DNA from: the human T2T-CHM13v2.0 reference genome, Homo sapiens
Assembly (NCBI RefSeq): GCF_009914755.1
Contig: NC_060935.1
Strand: one strand, 5' to 3'
DNA length: 64,000 nt
Shown here: in pieces, positions 14,087-32,164 of the stretch
How the letters are laid out: each line of letters starts with the position of its first letter
Numbering within the stretch: the first letter of the stretch is position 1
The notes under the pieces: model-generated
What the model was told of the DNA's origin: nothing
Databases searched by the model: none
Seen by the model: the letters and a program-made list of their open reading frames with translations, nothing else
Translations under genes and position numbers: made by a program

Positions 14087-16609
14087 GCAGAGAAGGTGCC
14101 AGGTCCCTGGTGTCACGGGGTTTACAGTCGAGTTGGGGGAGCAGCAGGGACCCACATGAAATCAACTCGACAGATGATGTAATTGCAAAACAAATCATGC
14201 ACGTGCGTCGGGGACGGGAGCTGGGTGAGCAGTCACCTTCTTGAACCCACGGCCTCCAAGCCCACCTGCTGGGAGCTGACGTGGGCTCCAGCTGAACCCA
14301 GGGGCCACCCTCCCGGTGGGAGGCGGGGGTCACTGAGGAGCTCCTGGCCAAGCTCATCGACTCAGCCCTGAGTGGAGCCGACACTCACTGGGCACGTGCA
14401 GCCCTTGGAGTCCGGGGTGGACATGTGGCCCTGCAGGAGTCCCAGGGGCTTCCCAGAGGAGGGGAGCCCATGCCCCCTGGCCAGACCTCAGAGGCGTGTG
14501 TGGGCACCTGTGTGTGCCAGGGAGAACGGGACGGAGGTGTGCGAGGGCACCTGTGTGCGTGCCAGGGAGGGCGGAGATGTGTGTGAGGGCATGTGTGTGT
14601 GTGCTGCGGAGGACAGGGAAGGGAAGGGAGAGGAGGTGGCATCCAGGGAAGGGCTGAATGGGGACCTATTGGCCAGTGGAGTGCGGACGCCGGGGTGGAG
14701 AGGTCAGGGGAGCCACAGCAGAAGGTCCCAGCCTTCACCCAGGGAACTCAGCAATAGATCAGGGAGGGGTGAACTGGCTGGAACTTCCCACACCTGCTGC
14801 TCTGGTCATTTCATGGAGGACCAGAAGGAGGCAGGAGGCGTCTCAGAGCCGCTGTAGCACGAGGTTTTGCGGCTCAGGCCCCAGCTGCGTACCAGGGTCT
14901 GGGCGCTGTACCCTCCATGGCTGCAGGAAGGGAGGCAATGGTGGAATGGGGTTGGGGTTGAGGACCCAGCAGTCCAGCGTGGGGTGGCTGGGTGGGAGAG
15001 GCGGCGCCAGGCTCCAGGAGCTTCCTGCCTGGGGTCCCCAAAGCTATTGGGATGGGAGAAAGCTGGCCGTGCTCTGGACGGGTGTGGGAGGCCTGTGGCA
15101 AGAAAGGGACTCAAGACAGCCCTGGAAGCAGGAGCGAGGGGAACCCAGGTCAGCAGGGGATGGCGCTGGTGTGGCCCGTCATGGGTTCCCAGAGTGGCCT
15201 CAGCGACACTTCTGGTCCCACCCGTTCCTTCCAGCCCTGCCACTCAGCAAGAGGTGGGGCCCCCCTGCCCCCATGAGCCCCATGGAGGAGCTGCATGTCA
15301 CCTGCGGCCCAGCCCAGCTAAGTTCTCCAGGGACAAGCAACGAGGGGGAGGAAGGGAAGGAGGAGGAGGAGGAGGGGCGGTGAGGCTCATCCTGTCTGGG
15401 GGTCCTCCTTGGCCGCCCTGAGTGTGTGGGGGACTCTGCCAGGCAGGCACTGGGGCTTGGTGGGGGGCCCTGACCTCCCATGACCTCTCGCCGACCCTCC
15501 CCCCGCCCGCTGCCCTCCACGCTGGACGACGGGTGCTGCAGCACCTTCAGGCCCACAGACACCCGGCAGGGTCCCCTCTGTGCCCTCAGTCCATCCTCCC
15601 GTTCGTTTGGGCAGCACAGACACTCACAGCAGAGATGGACTTGAATCTGTCCCCAGACCCACACCCAGGGTCCCAGGGCAGCCCATGGGGCAGCAGGGCC
15701 GTGCAGGCAGTCGGGAGCTCGGCCTGGGGCCTTGGGGCCTCCTGGCTCCCCCGAGGCACAGGAGTCCCAGGCATGGGTCCCACTGCCCGGCCCTGGGGGG
15801 CTGGTCGAAGCCAACGTGGGCTGGGGTCATTGTGCATTTTGGGTTCGGCCAGGCAGTGGCAATGAGGCCAGCAGTCCCTGCATGTGTCGGGGACCAAGGC
15901 ATACAAACCTTGGACCAAGGCGTTCGGCAGCTGGACCCTGTGTGCTGTCATGGGTGGTGCCGAGGGGAGAGAGCACTGCTGGAGCCTCGGTCACCCGGTG
16001 CCATACAGGGCAATGGAGCAGGCTCAAGGACGGCCGTGGCCAGGGCTGGGGATCGTTCTGCTCCGAGTCCCATCTGGGGAAGCCCCCGAGACCTGCCGTC
16101 CCCAGGTGACTGTGGAGCACACAGCACCTCGCGGGTCCAGCTGGGAACCAGTGCCTCACCGCTCTGCCCGTCCCACTGGCCTACACCAGGCCCGTGGCCA
16201 CCTCTGACGTGTGCACCTGTGTCCGTGGAAGGCACCACCAGGGACTGGAGGGAAGCTGGCGGGGACTGGTGGGGCTGGAGGGAGCGGGGGACAGCGACTC
16301 ACCCCACATCCCCGGCCCTGCGCCCTGGCCTTGCTTGACAGCTGGATGCAGCCTGCCCTGGAGGCTTGTAAGCCTCTGAGGGTGGCACTGGGCGTTCTTG
16401 CCATCACTAGACAGCAGCACACCCAGGGCTGGGCAGCGGCGGGAAGGTGCTGAGGGTACTCTCACCTGCTCGGACAGTTGGGAAAGTGGAGACCACAGCA
16501 CCACAGGGCTCTCCCGGGGCCTCTGTCGTAGGCCTGCAGACACCACCTCTCCCCGCCTCCTCACGGGGCTGTCCATCTGTGCACAGGCTCCCCGGGGGGC
16601 GGGCGGGGG

Positions 16610-16785
16610 GGAAGTGTCCAAGTCTCCTCTTCTTACGGGGAGAAGACTAGAACAGGGCCTGCCCCAAAGACCTCATTTTAACAAAATTCCCCTTTGAAAG
16701 GCCCTACCTCCAAATGCAACCACATGGACGTCCTGGGGGTCAGGACTTTGACGCATGAATCTGGGGGACACGATGCAGCCGATGC
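16610..16785 (-). mobile_element. MLT1 LTR fragment
   Basis: gacctcattttaac...ctccaaatgcaaccacat...gggggacacgatgcagcc. Confidence 0.6.
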
Positions 16786-18147
16786 AGGACGGCATCGGTG
16801 ACACCCGCCCTCCATGTGCTTTCGCCTGCATAGTTGGGGCCAGCCTGGCTCTGGCCGTCCTCCCGGGGGGCCCCTGCTCCCCAGCCTGAGAATTTGTATC
16901 CTCTCCCCTCTAACCCCAGCTGTGGTTTCCGTATTAGAGGGTCAAGAGCAGGGAGACATAAAAGACCAATGCTGATGCCAAGGAGCCAGTGACAGGGGCT
17001 GTTCCCCTCAGCAGGGGCCGGGACGGAGGATCCAGGTGGGGCTGGGATCTTCACCAAGAGTGCATGGATGGGGACCTCGTGCGGGAGACAGGAGAGGGGA
17101 GAGGGGCTGCAGACCAGAGACCCCAGAACACCCACAGGAGGGGGCCGGGTGGGAGGAGTCATGGAGGAGCCCGGGAGGGAGCAAGGGGAAGGGATGGTGG
17201 GGGGAGCTGGGGGCCCCGAGCCTGAGGGGAGGCCACGGGACACAGAGCAGGGAGCTCTGTGCACAGGGGCCAAGGGGGCCTTGGGGACCACGGGAGTCCC
17301 GGGAGCAGAGGTGCGGCAGGTGCGGGAGAGACCAAGGGAGCGGCCGACCTTGGCGGCCTGCAGTGCCCTTGGCCTCCCCTCGGGTTGGGCTGGCCCATCA
17401 GGCTCTGTACCCGCCCTGCTGTGGCTCCACGTCGGGCTGGCGCCGGCTGAGGAACAGAGAAGGAGGACAGGCTCCAGGCCAGGGAGCGTCAGGGAAGGAC
17501 GAAGGACTCAACCCTTTGAGGGCCAACGGGCCCATGGAGGGAGTCTTCCCTAGCGCCACTGCACCTGCAGCTGCTGTACCAGGGTGGGCCTTCCTCCCTC
17601 CCCTGTGGGAACCGGGCCCTCTGGGATCAGCCCCTCAGTGACTGCCGCCGCCCTGTCCCAGCCACTGCACTGAGGCCCAACCATGGCCTCCCTCAGCAAA
17701 GGGGCCTCCAGGATTTCACACGGGGTCCCAGCGACTGCACCCAACCGTTGGGAGGCTTCACCTTCAGGTGGCCAGAAAAGATGACTAATCCTACCCTGAG
17801 CTCACCCTAATCCTAGGCTCCCCCATACCTGAGCTCACCCTAATCCCAGGCTACCCCATGGGGGTCTGGCTACAGGGAGTCTCTGTCCAAAAGTGCCCAG
17901 CTTCAGGGATGCTGCAGAGCTGCCTTCGGGGTGGGGGTGACCCACAGACCCCATTCCCCTACAGGGAGGCAGGAACCTTTTGTGGGGCTCATTCACAGAA
18001 GGGGCTGGAGACCCAAGAGCCACGGCTCTTTGGGATGGTGGATAGGACAAAGGTTTCTCCAGGGAACCAGCGCAACGTATGCCAGATGGCCACACCCCCA
18101 GCCACAGATGGCCTCACACCAGAGACAGGTCAAGGTCAAGTGATGGA

Positions 18148-18474
18148 GCCGGGCGCGGTGACTCACGCCTGCAGTCCCAGCACTTTCAGAGGCCAAGGAG
18201 AGAGGCTCACTTGAGCCCAGGAGGTCGAGACCAGCCTGGGCAACATAGGGAGACCTCATCTCTACAAAAATAAAAATAAAAATAAAAATAAAAAAATATA
18301 AAATAATAATAGTAATAATTAGCAGGGCGTGGTGGCATGCACCTGTGGTCCCAGCTGCTTGGGAGGCTGAGGTGGGAGGATGGCTTGAGCCCAGGAAGTC
18401 GAGGCTGCAGTGAGCTAAGATCGCACCAGGCACTGCAGCCTGGGTGACAGAGAGACCCTGTCTCAGTAAAAGAA
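18148..18474 (+). mobile_element. AluJ
   Basis: cttgagcccaggagg, ctgggcaacatagggagacc, J-type right arm. Confidence 0.9.
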
Positions 18475-19663
18475 GATCAGGCGACCAGTCCTGGTATTGA
18501 GGGGGATCTGGAGAACCAAGAGAAAATCTCTTATTAAACGCAGATTTCACAGAAAACAATAACTTTACAAAACTGGAAATCTACCAGCCTTTTAGGCATG
18601 AGGAATTGTCACGCAGGGTTGCCTAGCGATGGACAGGCACATTTCAAGAAATACGGGCTCAACCCATCGAGCCGTATTAACTTTAATTATTAACGTTCAG
18701 TGTAATTATGAGCTATCTTTCTCCTTGCATCCGAGGAAAGCTCTGTTCCTGTGCAGTGGGGCTGTGTGGCCCTGTTCTGGGGGTGAGAGAATGTCTGATG
18801 TACTTCTCCTAAATCTGAAAAACAAATAATAGTAATGATAAAAAACAAATTGAAATCGTAAATAAACGGTCTCACTACAGGCGAGGTGCAGGTGGATGGG
18901 AAGGCAGGGCTGGGGCACCCCTGCGGCCGTGGTGGCTGTTCCCCAGCGGGGACCTCGCCATGGTCTCGAGAGCCATATTTCATTAAACAAATAAATACAA
19001 AGACAGTCATGCTAAAAATTCATGGAATGTTAAGCCACAATTCACCAGACTATAAACACCATTCCGTCTTCATATTCCTGTTATCGGTCAGAGGTGGAGG
19101 CTCCTCATGGTGCATTTTCGGCTCAATTGCTTTGGACACAGTTTCTTTCTACATCACTTCTTCGTGGCTATCTCAGGAAGGGACAGGAGGGAGGAGAGTG
19201 GCCTCCTGGGCTCCTGTGGCCTCGGCATGCCGTGCTTTGTTAGTAAGCCTGATGTCAGGCGTGGCCTCCCCTCTTTCCTCCTTTGCGGGTGGGGCCCATT
19301 GTCCCTCCTCACTCCGCTCCGGTTAACCACCACGATGCTGGTTGTGTGGACTCGGCCTGTTCCTCTTGAGGAATGGGATTCATGCTCCAAAAGTATCCAG
19401 CCTGCACCTGGGAGCCCCTCGGAGATGACGCCTTCCTTCCTGCCCCTCCCACCCTGCACCCAGCACCAGCTAGAGACAGCCTGGTGCAGCCCCCAGAAGT
19501 CCATGGAGGGGAAAGTGGGAAAAACCCCACTTTTAAGAATGTGACCCCCATGTTTTTCCCAGCTTGTTTAAGCATTTAAAAAATTGTTCTGAAATATACA
19601 TAAAAGGCACCACCTGACACATTCTAAGTGTATACAGTTTGGGAGCATTCAGTACGTTTGCAC

Positions 19664-20052
19664 TGATACGGTTTGGCTCTGTGTCCCCGCCCAAATCTCA
19701 GGTGGAATTGTAATCCCCAGAGTTGGGGGTGAGGCCTGGTGGGGGGCGATTTTAGTGCCGTCCCTGGGTGCTGTCCTCCCCACCCGGCCTGAGTTCTCTC
19801 TAGCTCTGGGTGTTTAAGGATGCAGCAGCTCCCGCTCACTCTTTTGCTGCTCCTGTCAGGTTAGACCAGCCTGCTTCCCCTCGCCTTCCGCCACGATTGA
19901 GAGTCTCCTGAGGCCTCCCCAGAAGCCAAGCAGACACCAGCATCAGGCTTCCCCTGCAGCCTGAAGAACCGTGAGCCAATTCAGCCTCTTTTCTGTATCA
20001 AGTACACAGTCTCAGGTGATTCTTTATAGTGGCGCGAGAATGGGCGAATACA
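19664..20052 (+). mobile_element. MST (MaLR) solo LTR
   Basis: tgatacggtttggctctgtgtcccc...ccaaatctca...cagtctcaggt...tctttatag...aataca. Confidence 0.85.
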
Positions 20053-21369
20053 TGCTGCACTGCGCAGCCCTCCCCCCGCCCCCCGCAGCCTGCTCTCGGG
20101 CTTTCTATACCCCCACCTCCTCCTTGCTCACGGCTGATGGATACCTAGCGAGGAGGGGACCTGCAGGGGCTCTCACGGGCAGCAGGCAGAGCTGTGGGCT
20201 TTCATCTGAGGCCGGGTCTGAAGGTTCCTACGCTCCCAGACATCTGACCCCTCCACTCCCTCCCACCCATGTACGGAAGCCCCACCCAGGCTGGGCTGAG
20301 CCTCCTGGGGCCCCAGGGCGGTTGCCCACCTCTGAGTCCCTGGAAGGTCTTTCTGCAGCCTGTGGCTGGGTCCTGCCCCCTGGGACTTGGGCCCTTTGGC
20401 CTCGGAGCCACCCAGGAACAAGGCCCCCATCTTTCTCCAGCACAGCCTGTGCTAATGAGAGGCAGACACAGACTCCGAGCCCCCTTGCACCCCTGTTTCC
20501 CTCCTCAGCTGCCCAAAGAGTGGGCAGGAACCGTCACCCTTGGGCTACAGAGGCTGGGCCCTCCAACCCCAGCAGACAGAGGTTCTGGGAGCCGCCTCAG
20601 CACGACCCAGCAAGGGTGGGCAGTGGGGACTGGCCACGGGGTGCTCCCAGCGCCTCCCACCCCCTCAGCTCTCCTTCCCGCACCCTGAGTCCAGGGGATG
20701 GGGTAGCGGCCAGCCCAGCTGGGAAGAGAGTGGAGCTTTCACTTGGGGTGCCCCAGGGTGAGCTGGGGGTATTGAGGGGGTGACGCAGGTGGGCAGCACT
20801 TGGCCCTCACAAAGGTTATCATTTTCACAGCAGAGAGTAAGGCTGCCAGACACAGCTCTGGGATCTGCTCTGGTCCCCTCGACGGTGGGTGGCCAGTGAC
20901 CCACCTGGTGAGCCCGGCGGACAGGATCGTGTCCTTGGGGATATGGGACTGGCGCCTCTGAGGCAGGGCCCGGCCCGAGGAGCCTCCGGGTCCTGCTGGG
21001 TTCTTGGCCTCCGTCCACCATGCACCTCCCATCCCCTCAAGCCTCTTCTCCCACACCCCTCCCTCCTCGCCTCTCAGGGCCCCTGTGGCACCTTCGTAGC
21101 ATCCCAGCTTATGTGACCTCAGGTTACACAAGCAGCAGCCTGGGGCACCTCTGGGCTTCTCTGTTAAATCATCAGGAGGACCTGGCGGGCTGCACATAGG
21201 CAGACGGTCCACGGAGCCACAGCCGGGACCCGCACAGAACCACTCGGGGCCCAGCCCTAGATGAGAGCTCAACAGCGAGGAGAGCCCTGACCTGGAGCGA
21301 CAGCCTGAGGCCCCTGCTGCACTTGAGCTGCAGAGAGGGAGGCCATGAGCTCCGACATCACAGATGGAA

Positions 21370-21697
21370 GGCCGAGCGCAGTGGCTCACGCCTGGAATCC
21401 CAGCACTGTGGGAGGCCGTAGCAGGCGGATCGCCTGAGGTCGGTGGGTCACGTGAGGTCAGGAGTTCGAGGCCATCCTGGCCAACATGACGAAACCCCAT
21501 CTCTACTGAAAACACAAAAATTAGCCAGGCATGGTGGCAGATCTCTGTAATCCCAGCTACTTGGAAGGCGGAAGCGGGAGAATCACTTGAACCCAGGAGG
21601 CAGAAGTTGCAGAGAGCTGAGATCTTGCCACTGTATTCCAGCCTGGGTGACAGAGTGAGACTCTATCTCAAAAAAATAAAAAATAAAATAAAATAAA
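21370..21697 (+). mobile_element. AluS with a short internal duplication near the B box
   Basis: Dimer; TSD cacagatgg(g)aa. Confidence 0.88.
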
Positions 21698-21920
21698 CAC
21701 AGATGGGAAAATGTCCCCAGCCCCCAAAATACCACAATGAATCCGAAAGCCAAACGATCTGGGAAAGAAACATTTCTACATGTACGCCACAGAGAATGCT
21801 AATATCTTCCGTTTACAAAGGGCTTTATAAATCAGTATTAAAAACCGGAAAGGACATGAACAACTCACAAAAGAAAAAGGCAAATGGCTACTAAATACAT
21901 GGAAAAAATGCGGAGCCTCA

Positions 21921-22316
<396 letters not shown>

Positions 22317-22329
22317 TCGCCATGCTGAC

Positions 22330-22713
22330 CGTTATGGGGTCAACTGCATCCCCTCAAAATTCAGAGGTTAAAGTCCTAGCCCCCAGGGCCTCAGAATGTG
22401 TCTGTATCTGAGGAGAGGGTCTTTAAAAAGGTAATTGATTTTAAATGAGGTCCCTGGGATGGGCCCTAATCCAATAGGACTGGTGTGTTATAAGAGGAGC
22501 AGATGAGGACACAGACACACACAGAAGGATGACCACGTGAGGATGCAGGGAGAAGGCGGTGTCTGCAAGCCGAGGAGAGAGACCTTGGGAGGAACCAGCC
22601 CTGACACCTTGATCTCCGGCTCCAGCCTCGAGGACTGTGGGACAATCAGTGTCTGTTGTCCAAGCCGCCTGGTCCTGGGTGCTTTGTCTTGGCAGCCATA
22701 GCAGATGAATGCA
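22330..22713 (+). mobile_element. MLT1B-type solo LTR
   Basis: ccctcaaaattc...gggccctaatccaat..gactggtg...gaggacacagacacacacaga...ggcagcc. Confidence 0.85.
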
Positions 22714-23448
22714 CTGGCGTTTGGTGAAAAACTGGCAGGCTTTGAGGGAGTGAGTCAAGTGCATGGGAAGGGAAGGCCCTCTGGGCCAAGTCCAGGGTGG
22801 TGGCCTGAGGCAAGCGTGTGCCCACCACACAGCACCGTGAGGAGGAGCCGGCCAGCTGGAGCAGTGCACGGCACGTGAGTGAGTGGGAGATGAGGTCAGA
22901 GAGATGGGGGGCACCTTGGCTTTGACCCTGAGTGAGAAGGGCTCACGGAAGAGTTGCAGGCAGATGGGGGATGGACTCTGCCTTATGTTCTTAGAGGGTC
23001 CCTCGGAGCCTGTGTTTACCTCATAAGGGGCCAAGGGTAAAAGTCAAAGGCCACAGAGAACTCATCAATATGAATATACATGTTATACCAACAAATTAAA
23101 TTATTTAGTTGAACAAATTAGATCATTTAACTGGATAAATTAGGTAAGTTAGTTGAAATGGACAAATTCCTAGAAAAACACAATCTACCAAAATGGACTT
23201 AAGAAGAAACAGAAACACTGAATAAACAAGATTAAAGGAATAATTTAAAAATTTCCTGAAGGAACAAACTCTGGACCAGATAGCTTCACTGGTGAATTCT
23301 ACCAAACACCTAAGGAAGAATTAATACCAATCCTTCACAAACTCTTCCAGGAAATCAAAGAGGAGGGGACATGTCCTAATTCATTCCATGGGGGCAGAAC
23401 CATCCTGACACCCAAATCAGACAACGACATCACAAGAAAGGAGTTATA

Positions 23449-23826
<378 letters not shown>

Positions 23827-24086
23827 TTAGCAAACTGAGTACAGTGACACAGAAAAGGATCATATATCATGACCAATTTCTGGAGCCTATCCCAGGAGTG
23901 CAAGGCTGGTTTAAAATCAAAAATCAGTTAATGAAATACACCGTATCAATAGGATAAAAGACAAAGCCACACGATCATCTTAACTGATGCGGTAAACACA
24001 TTCGACAACATCCAACGTGCTTTCATAATCAAAAAAAAATCAACAAAGTAGGAATAGAAGTGAATATCTCCCACCTGATAAAGAGC

Positions 24087-24405
<319 letters not shown>

Positions 24406-24410
24406 GATAA

Positions 24411-24749
<339 letters not shown>

Positions 24750-25110
24750 CTAACATTATTCTTAACGATGAAGGACTGCTGCTTCTCCCCTAAGATCAGG
24801 AAAAGACCAGGATGTTTGCTTTCACCACTTCTATTTGACATTGTACTGGAGATTCTAGACAGGGTAATCAGTCAAGGAAAAGAAACGAAACACATCCAGA
24901 TTGGAAAGGAAGAAGTAAAACTATCTCTATTTGTAGGTGACATAAACTGGTATATAGAAAATCCTAATGAATCCACTGAAAAGCCATTAGAACAAGTTCT
25001 AACAAACAAGTTCAGCAACATTGCAGGGTGCAGATCAATATGCAAAAATCAATTCTATTTCTGTGTGCTAGCCATGAACAATCTGAAAAGGAAATTAAGA
25101 AAACAATTCC

Positions 25111-25621
<511 letters not shown>

Positions 25622-26066
25622 CTACACCTTCAATGCGATTGCTGTTAAAATCTCAGCTGCCTTTTTTACAGAAATTGACAAGCTGAGTCTAAAATTCATA
25701 TGGGCTGGGCATGGTCTACAGTTACATGGATAAGTAAGGCATGGTCTACAGTGTCCGTGTGACGGAACATTATTCAGCCACAGAAGGAAGGAAATGCCGA
25801 CACATTCCGCAACATGGATGGGCCTCAGAGACGCTGTGCCTAGGGAAAGAAGCCAGACACAAAAGGCTACATATTGTGTGATCCTGTCCGTGTAAAATGT
25901 CCAGAACAGGCAAATCCACTGAGTGAGGAAATAGATCTGTGGTTGCCTGCAATCGCAGGGGCAGGGAGTGGGGAGTGTGTTTAATGGATGTGGGGTTTCT
26001 GGGGGGATGATGAAAATGTTCCAAAATTGATTGCAGTGATGGCTGCGCGGTTCTTTGAATACACTA

Positions 26067-26557
<491 letters not shown>

Positions 26558-28229
26558 TCACTGAATTGTGCAGTGTGAATTGGTGAATTGTATGATACGT
26601 GAATTATATTTTAATAAAGCCGTTAAACATTTTTAACGGAAAGGAGGATGTTACAAACATCACATTTAGCAGAAGACAGCTGGCAGACACAGAGCTAGAG
26701 GTGAACTAGTGGTTTGCTCTAGGTGGTGGGACCAGAGGTGATTTTTATTGTCTTTTCATTTGGCTACATTTTTCAAAATTTCTTCAATACCCATACATGT
26801 ATTTGTCAATTTAGAGCCACATAGCATCACTTTCTCAACTGTCTTTTCAGACACATTGGTCCCACCCTCCTGTCTAAATCTTGGCTATCAGCTCATCCTG
26901 CTGCCTCTCCCTCCCCATTCCTGGCTTCTCTCAACAGGAAGAGGAGCAGGGGCCTCTGCGTCAAAGGCCGGCTTTGGGTAAGTCAGGTCACCACTCTGAC
27001 CCTCAGAATCCTCTTCCCCACTGCGGGAGCTGTACCTTGCTTCCATGACACTCTGTCCCCTGCTTTCCTCCCGCTGCTCTGCTCCTTCTCTCCCGAGGCC
27101 TTCCCTTACTGCACCATCCCTCCGTGTCGCCCTCCCCACCCTCTGGCCTGTCTTCTCACTCTGCAAGCCCTCCTTGGGTGTCTGGCTCCTGGGTGGGCAA
27201 CGCTTACCTCTGTGTGCTGGTGACCTGCAGAGCTTCCAGGACAATGTGTGCAGTGTGGAGCTGACCCCCCTGCCACCCCCAGCAAGGGCCACCTGGGCAC
27301 TGCCCTTCCCAGGCTTCCCTCCTTGTCCCTCAGTGGGGGCCATCGTGGGGGTCTGAGCACACATGCTCGGCAGATGCTGGATCTGTGCTGGGCTTCTGAG
27401 CATCAGAGGCCTCAGTGTGCCCCTCCAGGCTTCCTGGTCACCTCCATTGGGTGCAGCAGGAAGCCCCCGGGCTGGGGCAGGGACAGGAGCTCAGATGGAG
27501 ACAGGAGGTTCAACAGCTAATGTCCCCACTGTGACAGGCTCTGCTTTCCACCAGTGTGGCTGGGAGCACCTGGTGGTGGGGACACCCAGAGGGGCCTGGG
27601 TGGGAGACCCCCCGCACCTGCTCCCACCTGCACACTGACCTCCCGCCTGTCTCTATGGGGGACTCTGGCCACCTATGTACAACAGAGGGGGAATTAGACT
27701 GTGGCCACCCTCTCCAGAACTGCACCCCGTTCCTTTCTGCAGCAGGACGGGCTGGCCAAGAGCAACCGATTGTCGAGATAAGAGGCCGATAGCTGTCGGG
27801 CACGGAGCTGGTGGGCGCCAGGCTGGCGGGGCGTGGGGCAAGCCTCCGGGAAGCGACTGATGAGAGAGCAGCGGGAGGACCAGAGGTGATGACGAAGGCA
27901 GGGCGGGAGTGGGACGGGGGCCGCACAACAGAGACCCTAACCTGAGCCCGCTGACCCAGCCGTCTGACCCCTGTCCAGGGACAGGTGGGTGCGGGGTGTG
28001 AGCAGAGAGGACGGAGGCAGGTGTGGCTGTGGGCAGGGTGGCTTCTCTAAGGTCCCCCGTGGTAGTGGGGGATCTTTTTGTAGGACGGAGTCATGGGCAG
28101 CCTGGGCCAGCCAGGGAGGCCCTGCCAGTGGGGAAGGAGGTGGCTGCTCCTACGGCTGGGCCAGAGGTGTCCCTGATGTCCGTGGATGGTCCTGGCAACC
28201 AAGAAAGCGGCTGCTCTTCCTCCTCCACA

Positions 28230-29545
<1,316 letters not shown>

Positions 29546-29769
29546 TGACCCACTTGTCCACTGGCCTGCACTTACATCCTCAGGCAGCTGGAGCCGCCTC
29601 CTGCAGGAAGCCCTCCCCCTGCCACCCACCCACCCACCCACCCAAAGGCGGGGCTTCCCCTTGGGTTGCCATGGACCTTGTGGCCGGCAGGGCACCCGGT
29701 GCACCCAGGTGTGTCTCCCCGCGTGGCCCACAGGCTCTTCTGGGTGGAGCTCAGAAGAGCCTCTGCGCA

Positions 29770-30340
29770 GCTTTACTGAAGTAAGATTGTACGTATATGA
29801 TTCGATGAGTTTAGCAAACAAGCCAGCCGTCAGGATGTGCAAGAATTCCTATCGCCCTGGACCCACAGCCACCCCTCTGCCTTCTGTAGCTACAGTTTTG
29901 CCTTTTCCATAATATCATAGAAATAGAATCATACAGCACATGGCTTTCTGAGGCCAGATTCTTTCACTTGGCCTAATGTGTTTGAGATTTGCCCACATCT
30001 CAGCCACGCTTCCTGGCCCGCTGTGGTCACGGCTGAGTCGCGTTCCCCGTGTGGGTGCACCACAGCCTGTCTGTCCAGTCATCACCCAAGGACAACGGGG
30101 TTCTTTCCACTTCTTGGCTGTTACTAATAAAGTGGCTATGAACATTTGCATGCAAGTTGTGTGTGGCCGTAAGTTTTCTTTTTCTTGGGAAAATAGCTGT
30201 AAGAGGGATTGTTGGATCGTATGGTAACGGTGTGTCTAATTTTATAAGAAACTGACAGACTGGTTCCCAAAGCATCATTTTGCACTCCCATCTGCAACGT
30301 CTGAGAGTTCGAGGTGCTTTGTGTCGTCTAAATTTCCGTC
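29770..30340 (-). mobile_element. Old L1M 3' fragment
   Basis: Minus-strand translation MFIATLLVTAKKWKEPRCP resembles the L1 ORF2p C-terminus. Confidence 0.75.
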
Positions 30341-30344
30341 ATCA

Positions 30345-31012
30345 TTTTTTTGAGGCAGGGTCTCACTCTGTTGCCCAGGCTGGAGCGTAGTGGCTCTATG
30401 GTGGCTCACTGAAGCCTCCATCTCTCCAGTTCAAGCAATTCTCCCACCTCAGCCTCCCAGGGAGCTGGGACTACAAGTGTGGAGTCCTGGTGTGTAGCCA
30501 TGCCTGGCTATTTTATTTTTATTTTTCATAGAGATAATGTGTTAGGCTGTTCTTGTGTTGCTATAAATACCTGAGACTGGTAGTTTATTTTAAAAAGAGG
30601 TTTAATTGGCTTATGGTTCTGCAGGCTGTAAAGGAAGCATGGCATCCGGAAGCTTCCAATAACGGTGGAAGGCAAAGGGGGAGCAGGGGTCTCACACGGC
30701 AGAAGTGGGAGCAAGAGAGAGTGGGAGGGGAGGCTCCCACTTAACCAGATCTCACGAATACTCACCATTGCAAGGACAGCACCAAGCCCCGAGGAATCCA
30801 CCCCATGACCAAAACATCTCCCAGCAGGCCCCATCTCCAACACTGAAGATTCCATTTCAACATATGTCTGGGCGGGGACAAATACCCAAACTATATCAGA
30901 TGGAGTCTTGCTATGCTGCCCAGGCTGGTCTCAAATTCCTGGGCTCAAGCTATCCTCCCACCTTGGCCTTCCAAAGTGCTGGCAGTACAAGCATGAGCCA
31001 CTGCACCTGGCA
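30345..31012 (-). mobile_element. AluJ interrupted by an MST LTR
   Basis: Right arm 30345-30537; left arm resumes at 30899 (gatggagtcttgctatgctgcccaggctgg). Confidence 0.8.
30538..30898 (-). mobile_element. MST (MaLR) solo LTR
   Basis: tgtgttaggctgttcttg...aatacctgagactgg...ggaaggcaaaggggagcag...caaactatatca. Confidence 0.85.
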
Positions 31013-31305
31013 GCTTGTCAATTTCTAAAAAAAAAAAAAAAAAAAAAGAGAAAATTTAAAAAATCAAATTAAAATTAAATCGATTACTTGGGCCTTGTTA
31101 AGTCTCACTTAATATACTGAGAGATGTATAATCGTTTTTTGTGTACAGATCTCATGCAAATTCTGATAAATTTACCCCTAGTATTTCGTGGTTTTTAAAT
31201 TCTCTTTGTAAGTGGTACTGTTTTCATAATTTCAACTTCTAATTGATGGTTAGCACACAAATAGAATTGACCTTTTTTTGGCTTTGTACCCTGTGGCTTT
31301 GGTAA

Positions 31306-32164
<859 letters not shown>

